Positions 39,341 to 51,907 of a DNA stretch of 64,000 nt are shown piece by piece (within the stretch, counting starts at the first letter, position 1; each line of letters starts with the position of its first letter). The notes under the pieces were generated by a model. That model did no database searches and was not told the origin of the DNA. It worked only from the letters and a program-made list of their open reading frames with translations. Where the stretch lies: positions 104,160,001 to 104,224,000 of the forward strand of contig NC_043004.1 of the NCBI RefSeq assembly GCF_006345805.1, in the 5' to 3' direction. The position numbers were made by a program, and so were the translations under genes. Origin of the DNA: Octopus sinensis. Taxonomy: Eukaryota.

Positions 39341-39582
39341 CTTTCTTTTTTTTTTTATTTTGCTTTGTATTACTAGTAGTCGTGTTTTAGCCGAAATTTA
39401 GCCAATATCTGACCACGTGGTCACCAGGCAAACCTTCCTTCACCCACACACTATAAGCACCAGCTCTGCCACCATGTGTGCACCATCTGTTTCTCTAAAT
39501 TAGCAAGCTGTACACCACCTCAACCCAAACACATTCACAAACATGCATCCACTTCTTGTCATCTCCTACACCCTCTACTCAC

Positions 39583-39713
39583 CGGAGCTGCCATTTTCTC
39601 CAACACCCCACCCTGCCCCATCCCTGGTTTTTGCATTCTCGGTTTATAAGCATTGTTATGCATAAATTGAACCTCAGCATTAACTGCATTGATCGCACCA
39701 GAACTGGGAGAAT
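39583..39713 (-). CDS. Candidate 131-nt exon of unknown gene (phase 1-0)
   Basis: ttgtttgcagcctttgcag|AT...CCG|gtgagt; DSPSSGAINAVNAEVQFMHNNAYKPRMQKPGMGQGGVLEKMAAP open; non-repetitive and relatively GC-rich; no recognisable homology. Confidence 0.3.
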
Positions 39714-40012
39714 CTGCAAAGGCTGCAAACAACTACTGTCATGTTACGAACTGAGGATGTCTCAACGTGGTCTGACAGAAACAGTAGTCAAAGTCTCCCT
39801 CAAACCCACACCGTAGTACAGAACAAAGAAGAATCAACAACACTGTTTTAGTGAAGCTATGACAGTATGCATGTACATTCATACAAACACACACACATAC
39901 AAATACATATACACACATATATACATGCACACACACACACATACACTCACACACACACACATAAATGCAAGTCTCTCTCTCTCTCTACATATAGATAGAT
40001 AAATATAGATAT

Positions 40013-40047
<35 letters not shown>

Positions 40048-40229
40048 CATGTAGGAGGGATGACCACTACGTGGACATCCATGTAGTGGTCGTCCCTCTT
40101 ATATGTATGTAATGTCATTTTTCTGAATCTTCAGATTTTTCTATATGTTAGACCACTGGTTTTAAATTGATATTAATCAAATTAATATTCAATTTTTCAC
40201 CCTTATTATTTTAAATTTACATACATATG

Positions 40230-40283
<54 letters not shown>

Positions 40284-40293
40284 CATATATGTA

Positions 40294-40949
40294 TAAAGTT
40301 TCTATGTAATTGTTCAACATGCTAGAAATAGCAGCCAAATTTTCCTTGGATAACTTAAATAGAGTATGATCAAAAACAGGATGATGAGTGTTTGAATGTC
40401 ACGATTCAGGGGTTTCCTTGATCAGAAATGAGAGCAAAAGCAACAACTATAAATACTACCACCACCACCACCACCACTTTTGCCTCCACCACCACTGCCA
40501 CAACCACCGCCACCGCCACTATCCACTGCTACAACTGCAACCATCACCACCACAGCCACCACCACCATCACTGTTGCTGATGTCACTGCTACTGTCACCA
40601 CCACCACCACCACCACCACCACCACCACTACTACTACTACTACTACTTTAAATATGAGCCACTTGGGGTAACCCCGACGTCAAACTAATCCACTTTCAAA
40701 AAAAAATTCTAATTTAAAACCAAATTTAATTTGGGGAAATCCTAACTTAAAACTGAGAGTTTAAAAACTGGATAAAAGTTAGTGCTTAGTTAGAAGAGTT
40801 GTTAAGGACAAGGTACTTAAAGAAACAAAGAAGAGTTTCAGAAGGATTTTGTTCTAGGGATAAAGATTGCATAAATAAGGCATTTAGTATGAAAAGGGAT
40901 AATGGACTTAAAGATAAGAGAAATAAGCTCAAACTCCCTGTAACTACTA
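40294..40949. repeat. Right arm of about 650-bp inverted duplication
   Basis: Reverse complement of 38268-38918; begins right after a (TA)n tract. Confidence 0.95.
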
Positions 40950-41100
40950 GATTTGATGTATATTTAACAGAGTGTCTACCTCAGGAAACCATATTCTATG
41001 GAATACACATAGAAAGTTATATCCAATAAAATATTATAAGCATTTAAAAAACCTACTATGAAATACAAAAAAATTATTTTACAAAATATATATAACTTAC

Positions 41101-41111
41101 CTGTTATTAGT
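41101..41111 (-). CDS. Candidate 11-nt microexon
   Basis: cttatttctccacag|ACTAATAACAG|gtaagt; consensus sites; phase 2-1 reading (LIT) is compatible with 39713. Confidence 0.22.
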
Positions 41112-41126
41112 CTGTGGAGAAATAAG

Positions 41127-41260
<134 letters not shown>

Positions 41261-41285
41261 TATATACATATATATACACATACAT

Positions 41286-42293
41286 ATCATCATCATCATC
41301 ATTTAGCGTCCGTTTTCCATGCTAGCATGGGTTGGACGGTTCAACTAGGGTCTGTGAAGCCGGAAGGCTTCATCAGGCCCAGTCAGATCTGGCAGTGTTT
41401 CTACGGCTGGATGCCCTTCCTAACGCCAACCACTCCGTGAGTGTAGTGGGTGCTTTTTACGTGCCACCTGCACAGGTACCAGACAGAGCTGGCAAACGGC
41501 CACGAACGGATGGTGCTTTTACGTGCCACCGGCACGGAAGCCAGACGGGGCGACGCCGACAACGACCACGATCGGATGGTTCGCTTAACCACAGCTGCAA
41601 TTTCCACTGATGTTGATCGACCTCAATTTTGGTTCTGCTTTCTGATATCTGATTTGATTTGGTTTGATTTTGATTTTGATTTTGATTTTGACTGTTCTCA
41701 CTGGTCTTGCCGGGTCTTCTCACACACAGCATACTTCCATAGGTCTCGGTCTCTAGTCATTTCCTTGGTGAGACCTGAAGTTCAAAGGTCGTGCTTCACC
41801 ACCTCGTCCCAGGTTTTCCTGGGTCTACCTCTTCCACAGGTTCCCTCAACTGCTAGGGTGTGACACTTTTGCACACAACTATCTTCATCCATTCTCGTCA
41901 CATGCCCATACCAGCGCAGACGTCTCTCTTGCACACCACATCTGATGCTTCTTAGGTCCAACTTTTCTCTCAAGGTACTTACACTCTGTCAATTATGAAC
42001 ACTGACATTACACATCCATCGGAGCATACTGGCTTCATTTCTTGCGAGCTTACACATATCCTCAGCAGTCACAGCCCCTGTTTCACTACCATGTAGCATG
42101 GCTGTACGTACACATGCATTATACAGTCAGCCTTTTACTCTGAGCAAGAGGCCTTTTGTCACCAGCAGGGGTAAGAGCTCTCTAAACTTTGCCCAGGCTA
42201 TTCTTACTCTAGCAGTTACACTTTCAGCACACCCACCCCCGCTACTGACTTGGTCACCTAGGTAGCGGAAGCTATCAACTACTTCTAGTTTTT
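41286..42293 (-). mobile_element. 5'-truncated RTE-clade LINE, same family as 35361-36884
   Basis: REKLDLRSIRCGVQERRLRWYGHVTRMDEDSCVQKCHTLAVEGTCGRGRPRKTWDEVVKHDL; 3'UTR and (ATG)n tail. Confidence 0.9.
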
Positions 42294-43089
42294 ATCATCG
42301 TTTAACGTCCGCTTTTCATGCTAGCATGGGTTGGACGATTTGACTGAGGACTGACGAACCAGATGGCTGCACCAGGCTCCAATCTTAATCTTGTAGAGTT
42401 TTTACAGCTGGATGCCCTTCTTAAAGCCAACCACTCCAAGAGTGTAGTGCGTGCTTTCTGTACGTATATGGAAAGCGTGTATTACGGAAAGCGTGTATTA
42501 CGGAAAGCGTGTGTATAAAAATTATAGAATTATTTTGTATGTTAATTGTTTAAATTATTTTCCATTGCTTTAGTTTTTTTTACAATTAAATTAATTTAAC
42601 AATTAAGAAAAAACAAATTTAGGGTTGGAAGGAGGAGGAGGGTTAGTTACAGGATGTTCTCTCAGTTTTAGACGCAAATGATTTTAGCTCAAAAGAGAGC
42701 ATAGGATTGGTTAAAATTCGAAAAATTAAACTACGTTAAACAAACGAATTACAAATTTATCAAGAAAGCCAAGTGAAAATAATGTTTTCTTTTGACACAT
42801 TCTACCAGTATACGAAGTTTTAAAGTGTTTAGTTAACTAGAAATTGTGTTGAAATCTGGCCTTCAAAAGGAAAAGATCCCAGCTTTGAACAAAAAGCATG
42901 GACACTCATTAGATTGTGAGCATGTGGTGCTTTTATTGCTTTGTCAGAATAAAGCTTTACAACTTTTTCTTTTGCTTGTTTCGTTGTGTCTAGATTTCTG
43001 TGTGCTCTGTTGTGACAGCAAAGGAGTCTCTTCATTCATTTTGCAACTAAGGTTCATTTGATTGACGATTCCAGCTGGTTGTAGATACC

Positions 43090-43700
43090 TTTCTTTAAAA
43101 AAGAATCTCCTAAGAAAGAACAATTTAGAAGAACAAACAATTGCCTGAGTTTGAACTTGAAGCCAATCGAAAGGAAAATTAATGAAAGAATTTAGTGTGA
43201 TACAAACGAGGAAGATGGAGGACGGAAGAAAGAAATAGAAACAGCTGAGGTGGATGATTCTGCTCAAAGTAAAGAACCCGAAATGGTAGTAAATGGAAAT
43301 TCTGATGATTATGTATTTTTTGATCAGTCAACAAAACACAGGTAAAGGTGGAGTGCTGATTGAGGAAGATCGAATAATAATTAATAAAGTATTTGAGTTA
43401 GTAAATTCCCAACATATATATATGATGTGTGTATGTGATTTCAAAGTGGTTGATTATTGGAAACTGAAACAAGAAACAATGAAAGATCACAAAATTTTGA
43501 ACCATATAAGAACAAAGAACATAACAGAGAACAACAGTGTGTTGGGGAAAACTTGGATTTGTAAGTCAATGGAAGAACAGACAGGGTGGGAAATACAGAA
43601 AACAAAGAGCCGTGGTGAAAAAGAAGAATATTTGGAGATATAAACTTGTTGGTGATGTATTTTGTATTGGAAAGAAAGCAAAATGGGTGAGCTTTTAAGA
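43090..43700 (+). mobile_element. Decayed N-terminal ORF region of an R4/Dong-type non-LTR element
   Basis: RTNNCL.EFELE..RKI; FKVVDYWKLKQETMKDHKILNHIRTKNITENNS; KEPW*KRRIFGDINL (KEPWWKRR-like motif). Confidence 0.6.
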
Positions 43701-44801
43701 ATGGTTATTAATATGACAGACTTAAGAAAAAGAATGGTACTGACTAAAAACAAAAAAAAAAAGCAGCATGGAAGACAGATGATATATAATGATGATGATA
43801 ATGAAGAAGGTGGTGGTGGTGGTGGTGGTGGTGGTGGTAGTGGTAGTGATGATAATGTTGATGGTGATGGCAGTGGTGATTGGTGGCGATGGTGATGTTG
43901 GTAAAGGTGCTGGTGCTGGTGGTGGAGATGGTAGTGGTGACGATGGTGGTGATTCTGTCTACCGATGCATGCTTATGAAACAGTTATCATATTCCCTCTT
44001 AAGACAATACCTATTTCTTTATTACCCACAAGGGGCTAAACACAGAGGGGACAAACAAGGACAGACATAGGTATTAAGTCGATTACATCGACCCCCAGTG
44101 CATAACTGGTACTTAATTTATCGACCCCGAAAGGATGAAAGACAATACCATATCATTGCAGCCAAAAACCATTGCTGACCCATGTCTCACGACAATCTTT
44201 CACCACGTTCTATATTTTTCCAACATTCCCTCTCAGACAAAGCGTCAGCCCCACAATATCACAGATTTCTCTTCAGCCCTTGGCATGCAACCAACCAACC
44301 GACCGACCGACCGACCGACCAAGCAATCAACCAAACTCATGACCTATCTTTGTATAATTTCTGCCGGCGCAGACGACCACCAGTTACCATGGACTTACTT
44401 ATGTTTATATCTAATCATTCAATCTGTGATTCGCTCTCACTAAAATAAACAGATGCAAATTTGTGGAAAAAAAATAAATAAATAGAATTCAGAATCTCTT
44501 TGTTCTCTCAGTCAAATGATCTCCGACTTCAGCAGCGAGACAGTTTAGTTCAGATATAACTTTATAAAGAAAGAAAAAAAAAAACGAAAAAAAAAAAATC
44601 AATATATTAACAACAGCATTATACTCATAATGACAGAGTGTTCAGGATTTGGAGGGAAAAACAATCAAACAGGCTTTTATTTCTCTGCAGTTGTTTGTTG
44701 TCTGTCTGTCTACTGTTGTTGTTGTTGTTGCCTTTCTAATGTTGTTGCATAGTGTGAAATAAACAAAAGAATTTGAAAGCAATTTATTATTGTTGTTGTT
44801 G

Positions 44802-44904
<103 letters not shown>

Positions 44905-44982
44905 TACTATTATTATTATCGTTATTATTATTATTATTATTACTATTACTATTATTGTTATCATTATTATTATTATTATTAT

Positions 44983-45035
<53 letters not shown>

Positions 45036-45190
45036 TATACATGTTTATCTGTTTATTTTGCAATAATAATATATAATATTTTATCTCTTCAACTTTGTTG
45101 TCTGATTAGTTAATTTTGAAAAGATGAAACTCTGTTGGAAACTACGTGTAATTGTATACATACATATATATATATGTATATATGTATGTA

Positions 45191-45222
<32 letters not shown>

Positions 45223-45473
45223 TGTGTAAATATATATGTGTGCATGTGTGTGTGTGTGTATGTAAATGTAGATGCATAATTGAATGAAAACCTTCAGCTG
45301 ACACAGTCTGATGTTTTATAGCATTGAGAACACACTGCACTGAGCAGCCGTGTCATTGACTCGAAATATACTAAACAGCTGAAATATACATGCTTTTATA
45401 TAAATATATCACCATCACCATCATCATCACCAACACCACCACCACCACCACCACCACCACCACCACCACCACC

Positions 45474-45537
<64 letters not shown>

Positions 45538-45559
45538 ACTTCATCATCGTCGTCATCAT

Positions 45560-47440
45560 CATCATCATTTAACATCCATTTTCCATGCTGGTAAGGGTTG
45601 AACAGTTTGACGGGATCCGATGAACCATAAGGTTGGACTGAGACCAGATGTCATGTTTGGCATGGTTTCTATGACTGGATGCCCCTCCTAATGGTAACCC
45701 TTTTACTGTATGTACAGGGTGCTTTTTAAAATTTTTTTTTTTTTGTGCCACCAACGCTAACAAGGTTGCCAAGTAACTTTCAAGGTAAGAAAAGAAAGGA
45801 ACAGGAAAACAGAGGCAAAAAATAGGGAAGGAAAAGAAAGAAAAGGCTTCCTTGACTATATGGCAGGGTCAGTGTTGTATTTGAAAGGGAGAGGAGCGAT
45901 GGGTCTATACCAGGTGTTGAGAGGCTAGAGTGTGATGGAAGAAGCCCTAATGGCTTGTAATAGAAATACGAGACTGAGTAGTTGGAAAGCTGGAAAGAAG
46001 ACAGAAGTGTTGGTAGGATGCTGGAGCATCTTGAGTCACAGGGATCGTTCAGGTGGGGACAGAGGGACAAAAATGGGAGTAGAGGTGGATGTAGTGAGTG
46101 ATGGTGAGAGATACAGGAGTATCTCATACATGGGGTATGATGGTAGGTGTGAGAGGGTATTTAGAAGGGTAGGAAGGATGGATTATAGTAGAGGAGAGTA
46201 ATGGCTGAGGGCAGAAAAGGAGGTGGTTGGTGGAAACAGTGCGAGCAGGGATGATAATAAGAAATGAAAGTGATTCTGGGAAGGCAGGGATGTAATGTAC
46301 CTATTCTGCTCTCAGGGATTACAGAAACTGAGTGGTACCATAGACATAGAAGTGATGAGTATTTAGGGATGTGATATGGTGGTTGGGAATGCTTGACCAG
46401 ACAGAGAGGAGGAGAGACAAGGTTCCATACACAAAACCATAACCAAGGTGGTTTCAGAATATCATTTCCACTGTGATGGGCAGGTCCTAGTAAATTGCCA
46501 CTCATCTCCACTTTAAGTTTCAGCATCTTGAGAAAGGCCTTCAGTATTTTGTCCCATGTTTTCCTGGGACTCCCTCTTTTGCAAGTTCCATCTGCTTTAA
46601 GTGATCAGTGATTCTTCTTGCAACTGTCCTCGTCCATATGCATCCCATGAGCAAACCAACACAGTTTTCTCTCTTGCATGCTACATCTGATTCCTCTTAT
46701 TTTCTCTCAGTACATAAGCACTTTGTCGTATATGCACACTGACATTGCACATCCAGCAAAGCACACTGGCTTCATTCCTCTCTAGTCTTTACATGTCCTA
46801 TGCATTCAAGACACGCATCTCACTACCATGTAGAATTGCAGTACAGGTACAAGTATCATACTCTTTTACTCTTTTACTCTTTTACTTGTTTCAGTCATTT
46901 AACTGCGGCCATGCTGGAGCACCGCCTTTAGTCGAGCAAATCGACCCTGGGACTTATTCTTTGTAAGCCCAGTACTTATTCTATCGGTCTCTTTTGCCGA
47001 ACCGCTAAGTGACGGGGACGTAAACACACCAGCATCGGTTGTCAAGCAATGCTAGGGGCACAAACATAGACACACAAACACACACACACATACATATATA
47101 TATAAACATATATACGACAGGCTTCTTTCAGTTTCCATCTACCAAATCCACTCACAAGGCATTGGTCGGCCCGGGGCTATAGCAGAAGACACTTGCCCAA
47201 GATGCCATGCAGTGGGACTGACCCCGGAACCATGTGGTTAGTTAACAAGCTACTTACCACACAGCCACTCCTGCGACTATCTACATTTCACTCAGAGGGA
47301 GACCTTTTATTGCCTATAGAGATAACAGCTCCCTGAATTTTATCCATCCCATTCTAATTCTTTCAGCTTAACTTTCTCAGCACCTTCCTTCACTGCTAAT
47401 TGGGTTACCTAAGTAACAGAAATTATCTTCTATGGAGCCT
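45560..47440 (-). mobile_element. Old RTE-clade LINE with long 3'UTR, interrupted by a SINE
   Basis: DNFCYLGNPISSEG..IRMGWIKFRELL at 47310-47430; GTCKRGSPRKTWDKIL at about 46540-46590; RTE tail at 45560-45780. Confidence 0.7.
46862..47275 (-). mobile_element. tRNA-derived SINE S1, full length and young, nested in the RTE
   Basis: CpG-rich, (gagtaaaa)n tail, intact A/B-box-like head. Confidence 0.85.
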
Positions 47441-47708
47441 TCAGGACATTTGAGAAAATTAATTTACCAAGTATCATTAGCTGACCCCTATGATGGTACA
47501 TACTTTCTCTTGTCTGCCCCAAACAATATCCAGCCTGTTATGCTTAAAACTGATGGATGTTGTGATGGGTATGCTCCACCTGTATTACTTGGGTTGGTGT
47601 TTGTATATGTATTCAATAACAGGGGTATTCTCTATATTTATTCCAGGACGGTTTATTTTTTCAAATGGCATTGTATATTCCTTTTGCAATAATGTTGTAT
47701 TGCATAGT

Positions 47709-47770
47709 TATGTATGTATGTATGTATGTATGTATGTATGTATGTATGTATGTATGTATGTATGTATGTA

Positions 47771-47801
<31 letters not shown>

Positions 47802-48425
47802 ATATGTATGTATGTATGTAAGTGTGTATGTATGTATGTATGTATGCATGTGTGTGTATGTATGTATGTATGTATGTATGTATGTATGCAGGCATGTATG
47901 TATGTATGTATGTATGTATGCAGGTATGTATGTATGTATGTATGTATGTATGTATGCAGGTACGTATGTATGTGTGTATGTATGTATGTATGTATGTATG
48001 TATGTATGTATGCATGTATGTATGTATGCAGGTATGTATGTATGTATGTATGTATGTATGTATGGTATGTATGTATGTATGTATGAATGTATGTATGTAT
48101 GTATGTATGTATGTGTGCATGTGTGTGTGTATGTATGTATGTATGTTATGTATGCAGGCATGTATGTATGTATGTATGTATGTATGCAGGTATGTATGTA
48201 TGTATGTATGTATGTATGTATGCAGGTATGTATGTATGTATGTATGTATGTATGTATGTATGTATGTATGTATGTATGCATGTATGTATGTATGCAGGTA
48301 TGTATGTATGTATGTATGTATGTGTGTGTATGTATGTATGTATGTATGAATGTATGTATGTATGTATGTATGTATGTGTGCATGTGTGTGTGTATGTATG
48401 TATGTATGTATGTATGTATGTATGT
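47709..48425. repeat. (TATG)n microsatellite, about 720 bp, with about 265-bp higher-order repeat
   Basis: Variants gcaggcatg at 47888 and 48154, gaatg at 48085 and 48348. Confidence 0.9.
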
Positions 48426-48721
48426 ACGAACGTATTTATATATGGAAGCACATATGAATGTATGTGAAAATAAGGTGAAATAAACATCAGAGGTGCTTTG
48501 AGCCATGCAGGAACTGGTGGAGTTAATCAGGGATTCTTTGCCCATTTAAGAATAGCAAAGAAGTATTCACTGATAGTTTGACTGTATATTGAGAGAAGTC
48601 AAGAGCAGGGACAAATTTATAGAGATCAAACTGAAAGAATGCTATGTATATATATATGTGTGTGTGTGTGTGTGTGCGTGAGTGTGTGTGTGAGAGTGTA
48701 TATATATATATATATACACCC

Positions 48722-49183
48722 AAGCACATAAATGTGGAACAAGGTGGGGGAAAGATAGTACTCGAATACAGGAGGTAGAGTAATATGTTTTATTATTATT
48801 AAAGCTGCAAAAATACAAAAACTTCACAAAAAACTGCTACTCTGAGTTTCACGCTCCTCTTCATTGGGCAGTTGTGATCAAGAATATGTGTATTTAGTTA
48901 ACAAAGTAAATAAAGATGGAAAAGTCACAGAAGTATATCTTAGAGAATATATCTTAGAATATTCTTCTGTGCCAATCAAAATAAGCAATAAGAATAACTT
49001 CGGTTATTCTTGTTGGATATATATATATATATATACCGGAGTAAACACATAAATGCGAAACAAGGTGGAAAAAAGAGTACTCAAACACCAGAGGTAGAGT
49101 AATATACTTTATTTAAAAGCATCAGAAATATAGCAAAAGCTGTTACTCAGAGTTTCTCATTCCCGTTCGTTGGACAGGTTTTG
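48722..49183 (-). mobile_element. Two tandem about 150-bp elements (family E), each with a degenerate hammerhead-like motif
   Basis: cacataaatg.g.aacaaggtgg...gtagagtaatat...tactc.gagtttc shared; motifs at 48834-48871 and 49140-49177. Confidence 0.55.
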
Positions 49184-49195
49184 TGTGTGTGTATG

Positions 49196-49235
<40 letters not shown>

Positions 49236-49237
<2 letters not shown>

Positions 49238-50515
49238 GGGTTGAGAAATAATTGATGACCGTTTTTTTCAAATTTATTCTAAACATAGCAACTACAATGA
49301 ATTGATCCCTAATATACTCTCTGCTGTTCTTTAAGACTTCTTCCCATCATTCGGTAAGTTTTTCGATGCCTCAGTGATAGAAATCTCCCAGTCCTTGACT
49401 CAAAGAATTCGTCCAACCAAGCCCTCAATTCTACGTCATTCTACATCATTATTGAATGATACACCACACAAAGTGTTCAAAAACAGTTGAAAGAGATGAA
49501 AATCTGGTGGTGCCAAGTCTGGAGAGTATGGAGGATGAGGCAGCACTTCCCATTCAACTTCTTTGGTCATATTAGCGGTGTGAGGATGGTCACTGTCGTG
49601 TTGCAGAAGTACACCATTTCGCCTGTTTGGTCTTTTTGACTGAAATGCTTTGTTGAATTGGTGCAGTTGTTGGATGTAGAGCTCCACATTGAGTGTTTAG
49701 CTGTGCTCAAGCAGCTCATAATGAATTAAGCCTTCCCAGTCCCACTATACACACAACATGGTCTTTCAAGGATGAAGGTCTTGCTTTGCTTGCAGAGTTG
49801 CTTGTTTGTCTGGGCTGTCATTCTTTTTGCTGCTTCATATTGATGTAAAGACACCATGTTTCATTGCCAATGACAATGCCATAAAGAAAATGCTGTTTGT
49901 GACCATTTGTTGAGTGATGTCGAGCGTGCAAGCTGGCGGTGATTGTTGAGCATTGATTTTTGCTCAAAGTGTGTGGCACCCAAGAGCCAAGTTTTTGAAC
50001 TTTGCCCATTGAGTGAAGGTGGTTCCCCACAGTTTCTTTTTTTTTTTTGTAACCACAGTCCATCTGCTCCACCAATTCTCTGGTCATTTGATGAGGATTT
50101 TCATTACGAAGTTGATTCAATCGCTCTGCATTGAACTCAGTTGGTTGACTAGTGTGTGATCCATCCTTCAAGTCAAAATTCCCATTTTTGAAGCATCAAA
50201 ACCAACAGCAGGAGATACTTTCAAGCATTACTCTTTCACCATACACAGCACAAATCTCACAAGCAGCTTTGGCGACCTTAACATCTCAATTAAATGCAAA
50301 AAGCAAATGGTGTTGAAAATGCTCAATTTTGTCTACATGAGATTCCATTTTAGTGATCTGTAAATACACAAAAATCAATAAAATTTTAAAAAATCAAAAC
50401 ACTGTCTTGTAGAACAAAGAATTGTCTTTTAAATAACATAAAACATTTGGCCAGTGGATTTTATTTCTACATGCATTTTTTAAAAATAACCCTCATGAAC
50501 TATTCCACAACCTAA
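49236..50515 (-). mobile_element. Full-length (1280 bp) decayed mariner (DD34D) with degenerate TIRs and TA TSD
   Basis: TA-flanked TIRs tagggttgagaaataattgatgac / ttaggttgtggaatagttcatgag; transposase from ATG 50348 with WVPHTL, GNETW, HDSDHPH and HPPYSPDLAPPDFHLF; stops and frameshifts. Confidence 0.9.
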
Positions 50516-50896
50516 TACAAACACATATATATATGTGTTTGTATTAGAAGGTTTGGAGATGATGTACAGGTATTATATATTAGAAGAAATAAGATACTCA
50601 GAAATCTGGATGATTTTATATTTACAGATATTTATTAATATGTCACATGCTTTTTGAAATCATATATTAGCGCTTGCATCCACTCTATATGTGTATATAT
50701 ATATATGTGCATGTGTATGGCTGTGTGTGAGTGTGTGTGTGTTTATATATTTGTTTTGTAAGACTCCTGATGTGAAATTGTGTGCTGAAAGAGATATTGT
50801 TACATGTTGGGGTGGTAATTTTTTTTTTTATCTTGTGCGAGTGTTTATTTAGCAAGAAAAAAAATGACCATTCTGAAATATACCAATATACATACA

Positions 50897-50932
<36 letters not shown>

Positions 50933-50934
50933 TA

Positions 50935-50981
<47 letters not shown>

Positions 50982-51518
50982 CCACACAGACACATATACA
51001 CACATATGCATAAATACATGCATATACCCACAAGCTCCAAGGCATTTTATTTATCTTTTTTTTCACTCGACAGCCCAAGAGCGTTAAATGAGAAATTAAA
51101 AAAAAAATTAATTAATTATAACTTCGACAATATACATGAATCCTATGTATATTTCAGCTGTTGGTTTTATAAGTCAGTGACACGGCTGCTTGCCGGCAGC
51201 ACAGTTTTCATGATATATCAATATAATGGAATATGTATTTATGTCAATAGAGTGGCTTGGATTGCTTCATCAGGAAATGTAAACAACTTTGTTTATCCTC
51301 TGTAGATTTCAATTAGAGAGACTGTATTTCATTAGCTCTGGAAAATAAGAAGCAACGTGTTGTTTACTGCAGTCTAGAGCAATGATTTTTAATGCTCGAG
51401 GAATACATACAGCAAATGTATAAATACATATATGTGAGTGTGTGTGTGCACGTGTGCATGTGAAGGTGTATATGTGTGTGTGAGTGTGTATGTGTATGTA
51501 TATATATATATATATATA

Positions 51519-51907
51519 CTCTTTTACTCTTTTACTTGTTTCAGTCATTTGACTGCGGCCATGCTGGAGCACCGCCTTTAATCGAGCAACTCGATAAGCC
51601 CAGTACTTATTCTATCGGTCTCTTTTGCCGAACCGCTAAGTAACGGGTACATAAACACACCAGCATCGGTTGTCAAGCAATGCTAGGGGGACAAACACAG
51701 ACACACAAACACACACACGCATATATATATATATATACATATATACGACGGGCTTCTTTCAGTTTCCGTCTACCAAATCCACTCACAAGGTTTTGGTTGG
51801 CCCGAGGCTATAGTAGAAGACACTTGCCCAAGATGCCACGCAGTGGGACTGAACCAGGAACCATGTGGTTGGTAAACAAGCTACTTACCACACAGTCACT
51901 CCTACGC
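51519..51907 (-). mobile_element. tRNA-derived SINE S1, full length
   Basis: As other S1 copies; further copies at 52769-53172 and 56545-56990 (-). Confidence 0.8.

Noticed and set aside
42468-42515. Three copies of ggaaagcgtgta(ttac)
   Set aside because: Short local slippage at an RTE-tail junction; no functional signal
44510-44560. CpG-containing segment after a strong acceptor (+: SNDLRLQQRDSLVQI* or QMISDFSSETV*; -: VISELNCLAAEVGDHLTERTKRF*)
   Set aside because: Equally readable on either strand, with no homology or upstream partner exon to support it
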